A stretch of DNA of 63,365 bases, filler included, from Intoshia linei (Eukaryota; Animalia; Orthonectida), in NCBI GenBank assembly GCA_001642005.1. It is 7 parts of 7 records of this genome, joined end to end, with 100 filler letters (N's around TTAATTAATTAA, not from the genome) between each part and the next. Parts side by side here need not be neighbours in the genome. Positions count along the whole stretch, not along the records: positions 35,868 to 55,117 come from LWCA01000748.1; positions 55,218 to 57,305 come from LWCA01002425.1; positions 57,406 to 59,043 come from LWCA01002646.1; positions 59,144 to 62,206 come from LWCA01002151.1; positions 62,307 to 63,365 come from LWCA01002818.1; 2 more parts are not named here. One strand, 5' to 3'. Shown here piece after piece: positions 53,801 through 63,365 of the stretch; position 1 is the first letter of the stretch, and each line of letters begins with the position of its first letter. The notes beneath the pieces are model-generated. The model had not been told where the DNA came from, searched no databases, and was given only the letters and a program-made list of their open reading frames with translations. The position numbers were made by a program, and so were the translations under genes.

Positions 53801-56593
53801 AAAAAAATAGTATTGTTTTTAAACTGTTTCAATTCAACTAGTGATTCGGTACTTGTGCAAGCATTATACAATTTAGTTAAAATTTAGGTTTTCGTGATAA
53901 TTTGATATGAAATTTAATTATCAAATTACATAGCATATTTAGTATCTAATAAGTTTTATTATTATTTATTCATCTTATACAGTATGTATCAACAACTATT
54001 TCCGCTAATTAATTTTTATTTATTTGTTAATTAAAATTATTTGAATTGACATTGATGTCGTAACTAAAATTCCATCTTGAAATGTGTTATTTAAAATGTA
54101 TGTTTACACTTTTTTTCAACTATCAAAATGGACGGATAATAATTACAGGTTAAATATATTAAGTATTCCAACAATATAATTATAAATGCAAACAATACCA
54201 CTAAAATTATTTACAATTTGTTAAAAAGAATTTCATATAAAATAATATTGTACCTTAAAAATAGATACAATTTGACATAAGCTAGATATTGAAATATACA
54301 TGTAGATTAGAAATATTAATAGTTAAAAAGATTATAAATTGGCTCCATTTAAATAAAATGTGGATGAAAATGGTACACAAGAAATATCAAATTTGTATTT
54401 TTTGAAAAACGTGAAAACAAAATTAAAATTTTTCTTTTTTCTTTATTTTTTTTGTCTTTTTTTATGTATACAGTAATGCATATAATATCAATAAATATTT
54501 AAATAAATTCAAAAAAACTAATTAATAATTATGTATGTGATAATTAATAATGTGAATTACTAATATGTTGATACATATATAATGTTGCTGTACTCATATT
54601 TTTATGCTCGTAATAAAAATCTGTACCCCATCCGTGAATCACGAAACCTCACACCCTTGGCTGATAGTAATCATTTATTATTTAATGATAAATTACAGAG
54701 AAAGAAACAACGAACCTGGCGTTTTCATCATTCGTTTTCTTGATGAAATAAAAGCACAAACAGCAATTAAAATGATACAGGTTATTTCTGTTAACAAGCT
54801 ATATAATAATGTGAAATTGAAATAATATTTAAATGTATTAAAAATTAATGATACAGTCAAAATCTCATTTAACGAAAATGGCATATTCGTTAAATGAATT
54901 TAACGAAAATATTAGAAATGTGCCGGTGCACAGTGTGCAGCAAATAATGCAAACACATGTCTTAAATTTAAATATAAATAAATATATAATAATAATATTA
55001 AAAATTAATAATAATAAATAAAATAATATAAACAATTAAATATTTAATATGAACAAATAATTCTTTTTATTATATAAAAAGATTCCATGACTTCATAAAA
55101 GAGTCGATCTAATATTTNNNNNNNNNNNNNNNNNNNNNNNNNNNNNNNNNNNNNNNNNNNNTTAATTAATTAANNNNNNNNNNNNNNNNNNNNNNNNNNN
55201 NNNNNNNNNNNNNNNNNAATTTATTAATTTTAAAATTATAATAATAATTTTATTATAACTAGGTATGTAAATTGATAAACAATTGGATATTCGTGTCTTC
55301 AAAATTGATTTTTATAATAATGTTCATATCAGAGCAGGTAAATATAAATATAAGTAGTGGTAATGTATCATTATTAATGATTCATTAATATGTCAGGCGA
55401 CGTTGATACACCCGTGTAAACAGTAAACTGTATTCAACAATATTTTTAAGACTGATTATATTCTCTTTTAGATTATTTGGTTAGACAAATACAATCAATA
55501 TGTCAATCCTACAAATATAAACAAATTAGTAGAAAATATGAATTGGAAGGTATTTTTTATTTTACATATTAATTATTAAGGTTTAAAAATGACATTTTTT
55601 TTTAGAAACATGTTCACTTAAATTTACAACAATGTATTACATTACTTTCTCCAAATCGTGTCAAGGTTTTGAACCCAGATGAAATTCTGAGCGTTTTTTA
55701 TGCAATGAGTATATTTGAATTTTTCCGTTCAATAAAATGGCATATAGCTATGAATTACCAAGAAGAATTAAAGTAATCAAGATTTAATATAATATAAAAC
55801 ATGAGTATAATTGATTAATATTATATTTTTTAATAATCAATGCAGGACATGCATAATTTAAAGAAAATTTTGAAAATTAAAGAAGACTTTAAAGTAAAAT
55901 ATAATTTAGGTATTTTATTCAACCACCCGCCTTAAGAAGACTACTCAATAACAGTTTTTACAACCATGCAATCCGACAAGATGTTTATAATAAAATAATT
56001 ACACTACAAAATAAAATTGTATATAGACCTATAAAAATGTAAATATTAATACATACATATATGTATATTAAATTTGTTCCATATATTTTTTCAACACATT
56101 TTCATTTACAAGTACTAAAATATATGCGTTTCTTTCAAAATATATTGAAAAATGAAATCTAAAGATAATGAACATTTCTTGAATCTGAACGGTAAACATA
56201 TTCTTTAATTGAAAGTATTAATATACATGCTATGTGTGCTTAAAAATGATGAATTATTTCAGAGTGGACAAAAACAAGGGAAATTAGATATTTATGTAGT
56301 CGTGAAAAAATGACAAAAATTATATAATTTTTTAATTGTCTATGAATTTTTAGAGTTTTAATTTAGCGAATTGGAAATTGTCACAATATATTTTAGATGA
56401 AATTATCAGTAATCTCGAATCATCAGTGACAAATGCATTTCGAGAAGTTGACAATAGTTTAACCATAATAAAGGAATTAACATTAATAATAAATGATATA
56501 ACATTGAAATATGAAGGCGCTTTGAAAGAAATCAAGTTGCAGTCATTAAATGATAATTTTTTTGTAGAAGACAAACTAAATGATAATTTGTAA
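50852..56593 (+). CDS. Unidentified multi-exon gene(s); PH-like segments followed by a helical/coiled C-terminus; spans a gap
   Basis: A series of short GT-AG-bounded open segments (e.g. 51118-51275, 53053-53170, 54698-54780, 56354-56593). No family confidently recognised. Confidence 0.4.
51653..52721. mobile_element. Second copy of the composite Tigger-like MITE with nested hAT MITE
   Basis: TA-CAAGCTAATTCCT ... GGAATTAGCCTG-TA; the nested element sits at the same site as in 37431-38352. Confidence 0.75.
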
Positions 56594-58131
56594 TTCATTT
56601 TAACTTATGGTGTCTCATATTTAACATTTTTTTAAATTTTGAGCATAACCTTAGCTTATAAATGATTTTAACTTATATAATATGCGACGCGATTTTTGTT
56701 TGTGTGTGTGTGTCCTACTTTATTGAAATAACTAGCACTCTTAGAATTTTTTAAAGACCACATTTCAATTACAGTTTTTTCTGGGACGTATAATAAGATA
56801 AATTTCAATCCTCCAATTTTACATCTTACAGGTAAAAACCCCTGTTTTCCCTCTTTTTGAAAAGCAAACGAGTTGGAGAATTTAATTAAATATATACGCT
56901 GATGCGGATTTTAAAATCATAAATATTATCATAAATTTAAATTTAAAAAAATTATATCTTCAGGGCCAAAACCCAAAATTACCTTTCCTTTTTTTTGAAC
57001 ATAGCCCTAAAATTTCAAAAAATTTACGGTGGTAGAGTTGTATCATGTTAACACACATAAAAAATTTCAATCCGAATAAATGACGAATTCACGGTCAAAA
57101 AAGCATTTTAGTATTCATAAATTTTTTATCCGAAATATTATATTAAAACCAAAAATGTAAAATAATTAACGGTCCATAAATTAAAAAAAAGATTATTCTG
57201 ATAGAGCTTATTCCAGTTGATATATATACAAAATTTCAACTCCATAAATCAACGCATTCCCGGTGAAAAATAATTTTTAATATATTATTAACCAATATTT
57301 TTCAANNNNNNNNNNNNNNNNNNNNNNNNNNNNNNNNNNNNNNNNNNNNTTAATTAATTAANNNNNNNNNNNNNNNNNNNNNNNNNNNNNNNNNNNNNNN
57401 NNNNNCAAAAACGATCAGTTATCATTTCAAAAATTTTATCAGTAACGACCCAATCTCATACAAAACTCAACCCCGGTAAAAAAAACGCATAACTAAACCA
57501 CCATCCAGATTCGAAGATTATGTGTCATTCTAAAGGGGGAGGTGTAACATATCACAACTCATGTTACTCATTTGTATATTAAAATGAACCATTATTTATT
57601 CATTTTAATTCTATTATTTAGCAACACAAATAAACAATTCATTATCAATCACTGCAGAATATAAATCTTATTGTAATTTTATGCATTAAAACATTAATCT
57701 ACGATTCTTGTGCCGTACAAATTACTACATTTATAATAACTAATTTTCTTGGGGTGGCCGCACTTTTTCAAAATTTAAGCTTAAAAAACTATACCACGAC
57801 TCTTAGGTGTATATTTCTCACCCTGTAGTACCCTGTATTTTTGATTTAAAAAAAGTTAACACTCTAATGTACATACAAAAATATAAAAAAATATTTATTT
57901 TTTGTATTTAGAAAGTAATACATAATCCTATATCAAAAATCTTTTCACTAAATAGCCTATCAAAAACGTTTTGAGTTAACTACATTTATATAATAAATAT
58001 TCATGAATTACTAATTACAACACAATGACACACGTATTTAAAATATGTGAAATTTTTGAATTAACATGTAAATAGTATACTAAACAATTTTTAAAATCTG
58101 CCTGGTATACTCATTTCTAACACCAAACATA

Positions 58132-59043
58132 TTAGGTGATTCACAAAGTTATGTCGTTTTTATTGATAGAATTGATTAGAAACGCTTTATCACCGATAAG
58201 ATTTCACATATTTCGAAATATAAAATATTTTTTAACAATCATGTGTACGACCACATCAGATGAGAACGTAATTTATTTAAATCTACATTTATTCAATGGC
58301 CATTTAGACGAATTATTTTAATGATTTTGAGGGACATTTACGTCATATTTTACTGTATGAGTACTTTAAGGACCTTAGTGCAGTGGTAGCTACCAAAAAT
58401 ATATGTGNTTTTTATTGATACAATTGATTAGAAACGCTTTATCACCGATAAGATTTCACATATTTCGAAATATAAAATATTTTTTAACAATCATGTTAAA
58501 AAATGATGTACGACCACATCAGCTGAGAACGAATTATTTTAATAATTTTGAAAGACATTTACGTCATATTTTACTGTATGAGTACTTTAAGGGCCTTAGT
58601 GCAGTGGTAGCTACCAAAAATATATGTGCTGTGTATGGTAAGGATGTTTTAAATGACAGAAAATGTCAAAGATGGTTTAAAAGATTTCGAAATGAAAACT
58701 ACACCCTAATGGATTTCCAACGTTCCGGTAGACCTTCAACTGTTGATATTAATCAAATAAAAAGTGAATTGAAAAAATCTCCAATTCAAACATGTCAATA
58801 GCTTTCCATTGTTGCCAGCTATTCAGAAACCAGTACCTTTAATTTTTTAAAACGTTTACAAAAAGTGAATAAGTCTGGAATATAGGTATCCCACTTATTA
58901 ACGATTCAACATAAATTAAATAGAAAAAACTTAAGTCAATTATTACTAGCCGGACTAAAAAATGAACCGTTTTTAGAAAATATTGTGAATGGTGATGAAA
59001 AATGGATACATTGTGATAATACTAAATTGAAAAAACAATGGCT
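58132..59043 (+). mobile_element. mariner transposon (5' TIR to first catalytic D), degenerate, runs into the gap
   Basis: TA-TTAGGTGATTCACAAAGTTATGTCG TIR; HLRHILLYEY..ICAVYG..CQRWFKRFR..RSGRP; EPFLENIVNGDEKWI. Confidence 0.9.
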
Positions 59044-60189
59044 NNNNNNNNNNNNNNNNNNNNNNNNNNNNNNNNNNNNNNNNNNNNTTAATTAATTAAN
59101 NNNNNNNNNNNNNNNNNNNNNNNNNNNNNNNNNNNNNNNNNNNTTGTTGATAATAAAAATATCAATTATGTAATTTCACTCATTTAGAAAAAAAATTAAT
59201 TAATTAATAATTAAATTTTAACTAATTATTTTATTAATTTAATTAAAAAAAGTGAAAATACCTCTGTGGACCCAAAAATTGATTATGCACCCCGACTAAG
59301 AACCACTGCCATACACTGTCCCTACATTTCGTTGTATATTTTATTTTCTTCAATTTCATGTCAGCTCTTTTATTTTGGTTTTTATGACGAGTTGAAAAGC
59401 CTATATACTTTTTATATTATAACCTCATAAGGATAGTAGAATCACAAGGAGAGAGATAAAAGAAAAAATACGTATACAAAAAGAAGAGATATAATACTTT
59501 TTTACCCTGGTAGACCTATATTTATTCTTAACGAAGGGCTATACTAAAAGTCGGTATGAGGTAACCTCATAAGGATAGTATAAGTTGTATTTACAATATC
59601 GCAACAAATTTAATGCATTCTCAAAATAGATGTTAATTTGCCTTAATAGAGGTGGCCACAGTCAGATGTCATTCATTTAGCATCGAAGTGAATATATTAT
59701 TATAAACCAGTTAAAATCGAACAATTATTTCATTATAACAGTAATAATTAACCCAAAGTAACGCAGTAGATTTCCTAGCAGTCAAACAGATGCATTTTAC
59801 AAAGTGCAAAGTCAATTACAGAATAGTAGTCCCTTGCTAGAGGTTGAACATAAAAATTTTCCTAGTATAAATAACACTATAAGTGACATTTTCGGGTGAA
59901 CCAGTATTAGAAAAATTAATAGGGATGACAAATTTTAAAAACCATTTTTTTAATATTTATTCGGAATTTTTGAGGGAATTTATGCCTACGGTATATTTAT
60001 ATTATATTTACCAGGGTTGTTAAGGGTTGGCCAAATTTTTCAAATCAATGTTTGTGTTTATTGGCAATTTATGTATGTAGAATTTTAATAATGCCCCAAA
60101 CATTTTATTATACTTACCAAGATTGTTTCGAAGCGACCAAAATAAAATATATTAGTCAATTTTATTTTTATTATATGCTGTATTTTTAG

Positions 60190-61981
60190 ATGATTTTGAA
60201 AACCAAAAATTATTAAATTACGTAGAAGCAAGTTTGTTTATCTTATGCTTGGACATTGATTTAAAAAATCCAGAAAATATGAATAAAAATCCAGATAATT
60301 GCACAGCTGTATTACAGTATATGTCTATGTTTTATTATTATATATTTGTCCAATAAAATTAATCCTATAATTTAAAAATATTTGCATTTAATATTCAGTA
60401 TTATTTAGAATGTTGCATGGTGGAGGACAAGAGTTATTTAGTGGAAATCGATGGTTTGACAAAAGCATGCAGGTTAGTACATTAATAAATAGAAATATTT
60501 TAAATAATTATATTTAGCTAATAGTTTCGTATAATGGTGTATGTGGTTTGTGTTATGAACATTCTGCTTCCGAAGGGATAGCCGTTGTTCAATTGATTGA
60601 ACATTTAGTTCATTATCTGTAATAATTGATATACCTAATATTAGATAGATTTTAGTGGAGAAAAAGAGAATTATCACTTAGCTAGAATACCATCTTATCA
60701 ATTAGATTTTCATCCAATAAAATTAAATTGGAAGACAAACTCATATCTATCAGAAACCCTCAAGACTGCACAAATTAGATTTCAAAAGTAAAAATAAAAT
60801 ATTTTCATAATTGTCAATTTTAAAGGGATATAGATAATCTAGAATTGGATGTATTTGATTATATTGAATACGGTAATATACCCTTATAATATTATGATAA
60901 ATTATTCACATTTCAATAAAGGAAAGAACGACATAAAAGAAAATAAATTATCTCCTGATGCGACAATTCAGTTATCCTTACAATTAGCATATTACAGGTA
61001 TTTTTATTTTATCCGGCTAACAAGGCTGGTGAGGTGTCAATTAAAAAACTAAAATGAACCTGCAGAATCTATGCAAAATTGGTATCAACTTATGAAAGTG
61101 CATCTATCAGAAGATTTAAATTTGGTCGTGTCGATAATATCAGGGCTTGTACACAAGAAGCATTACATTGGGTTGAAAGTGTGATTGCCAACGAGAAAAA
61201 TGGAAATAAAAATATTAAACTAGAAAAAGATTTGTTCATTCTAGCTATTAAAAGGCAAAGTTCTATTTTATTGCAGGTCTAATCATCAATTCTAAATATA
61301 TTATTGTAATTTAGACAATATTAGGACAAGGAATCGATAATCATTTATTGGGTTTAGAATGCATTGCGTCAATGTTAAATAAGAAAATTCCCAACTTGTT
61401 TTCAGACAATTCTTACATTATTGCTAATCATTTTATTCTTTCAACAAGTCAAGTAATTTTTTCATAAAGTAGTAAGTTATGAATCATAATATTTTTTTAC
61501 GTATCTTAGAAAATATTCTGAATTACACCAATTGAAAAATGGATATTTGTAGAATTGGATTTCAAAAAATTTTCTACCCACATCATAGATTATATCAGGG
61601 ATGCCCAACCGGTATGTCGCGAAAGATTTTCTAATCGATTGCCAAAATTAAAAAATTAGAATTAATTAATTTTTTATTTTAATAATGCTCGTTATTAAAA
61701 TGATGTCTATTTTAGAAAAATTATTTTTAATACATTGGGCACCCCTGGATTATACCATCAAATGCTTTAATCAGTATTTATAGGTTCCAACTAAAGATTT
61801 TCATTCATTCATGTGCTATGGTCCCGTAGTAAACAATGGTTATGGAGTGTGTTACAATCCACATGAAACCAAAATCACTTTTGCAGTCAGTTCGTTCAAA
61901 AACAATACGGAAACCCTGTCTGAGAATATGTCAAATTCTATTATAATTAGCCTTAATACAATTAAAAAATATTTTAAATAA
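60190..61981 (+). CDS. CHAT: Choline O-acetyltransferase, 3' half
   Basis: [17 protein letters not shown]; [15 protein letters not shown] (catalytic His); [19 protein letters not shown] (VDN distinguishes ChAT from carnitine acyltransferases); LSTSQV; [16 protein letters not shown]. Stop at 61979-61981. Confidence 0.93.
61596..61747. mobile_element. Short hAT MITE in the last ChAT intron
   Basis: CAGGGATGCCCAA / TTGGGCACCCCTG with near-perfect 8-bp TSD gattatat/gattatac. Confidence 0.75.
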
Positions 61982-62306
61982 ATGTTACATTGTACGTTTC
62001 TTCAGTACCGTAGACAGTGTAAAGGCCTCATGGTCAGGATCACATTGACCGCAATGATTTAAATTAATAATTTTAAAAATAAAGAAAGGACAAATTAAAA
62101 AATTAAGATTGACAACTAGAGTCGACAAATACAATTTTTTGACACTAAAAATTTTCTAGCACTAAAGTTACTAAACAACAAGAAGACAACAATTGATGCA
62201 AAGTTCNNNNNNNNNNNNNNNNNNNNNNNNNNNNNNNNNNNNNNNNNNNNTTAATTAATTAANNNNNNNNNNNNNNNNNNNNNNNNNNNNNNNNNNNNNN
62301 NNNNNN

Positions 62307-63300
62307 GTTTACGATCTACAATGGAAAAGAATTATTACTTCACGTGATGTTACATTTATTGATGAACCAGAAAATCTACTCTTTAAAAATTCAAGTCCGT
62401 TACCTGAACTTGAACCAATCTATCTACGATAATTATTGCACCGAAAGCCAGATGCGAGAAAAATTTAGTTGTAGTTAGAATTCCTCTTAAACATACCCAA
62501 AACTCAGAATGTGATGTCTTGACTCAGCAGGAGCATCAACTTGATTCGAATGAAGCTTCACTTATTGCTAAAGATCTTAAACAAAATATTGTTATTCCAG
62601 GATCATACCATGAAGCCATTAACGATTCGATATATGGTAAAAGTTGGAAAAATGCTTTCGAAAGTGAACTCGATTCAATGAAAAGACTAAATGTTTGAGT
62701 TAGTTGATCTATCAAGTTGTATACAACCAATTGAGACTCGATGGGTTTTAAAAGTTAAAGAGGATGGAAAGAATAACGGTTTAAGGCACGATGGGTTGTA
62801 AAAGGTTTTAAGCAAATATATGGTATAGATTATGGAGAAATTCAAAGTTATGCAGAGTACATAGCAGCTGATCTGGCAGTTCGAAAAGTTTTATGGTTCA
62901 GACATCTTTTGGAAGAGTTGAATCTTACTCAAAAAGAACCAATCAACATCTATGAGGACAACACGGCATGCATTGCAATAGCGAAAGGTGAGGGAAGTTT
63001 GAAGCGTCAAAGCATATTGAGTTACGTTATCATTATATTCGAGACAAAGTTGCTGACGGTACAATAAAATTGACTTACCTAAATACAAAAAATCAAATAG
63101 CCGACCTTCTCACTAAACCTGTCCAAAAGAATAGGCTTCAAGAGCTACTGCACTTACTTATCAAGCCACATCAATGAAATTGCCGAGCAGGAGTTGAAAT
63201 AATAGTTATTATGTAAATAATTCAAATATTAAATAAGTTTTTAAATTGATTGATAATATATTATCGTGTTTTGTTATTTCTCATTCCATTTTACGCAAAT
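62307..63300 (+). mobile_element. Ty1/copia LTR retrotransposon relic with internal deletion
   Basis: ITSRDVTFIDE, PGSYHEAI..WKNAFESELDSM, KARWVVKGFKQIYGIDY, then RNase H AEYIAA..IYEDNTACI..HYIRDKV..NQIADLLTKP. Purine tract near 63185. Confidence 0.9.
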
Positions 63301-63365
63301 TCAACTGGGATCACAAAATTGTTTTTAAAATTTTTTACACAATTTTTAACAAAATAAAATTAAGT

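Noticed and set aside
58150-58630. Apparent ~250-bp tandem duplication in the mariner 5' region
   Set aside because: The copies meet at a single N (58408), so this is probably an unmerged overlap of two mariner copies or haplotypes.
1-63365. Prokaryotic-type systems (CRISPR, operons) and rRNA/tRNA genes
   Set aside because: The sequence is intron-rich animal DNA; I recognised no repeat-spacer array or structured RNA gene.

Overview
Very AT-rich animal (eukaryotic) genomic DNA with many tiny GT-AG introns (33-42 nt in SNAP-25). It is built from several contigs joined by N-TTAATTAATTAA-N linkers, so adjacency across gaps is not guaranteed. The compact style resembles a reduced invertebrate genome such as an orthonectid; this is an inference. 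Recognisable host genes are a syntrophin-like PDZ protein, Slingshot phosphatase, two tandem SLC6 transporters (one only 5' half visible), SNAP-25, Bora, PINCH/LIMS and the 3' half of choline acetyltransferase. There is also an orphan acidic/N-Q-Y-rich gene present as an intact copy and an inverted decayed copy, plus many DNA-transposon remnants, MITEs and a copia relic. The standout is the orphan gene's last intron: 88 nt in the decayed copy but 6,342 nt in the intact copy (13936-20277). The long version is an end-to-end mosaic of seven co-oriented parasite fragments (mariner, a degraded dsRNA totivirus-like RdRp, hAT, Tc1, hAT, pogo/Tigger, hAT), all antisense to the host transcript. This is a candidate intronic, flamenco-like archive of transposon and viral sequence.
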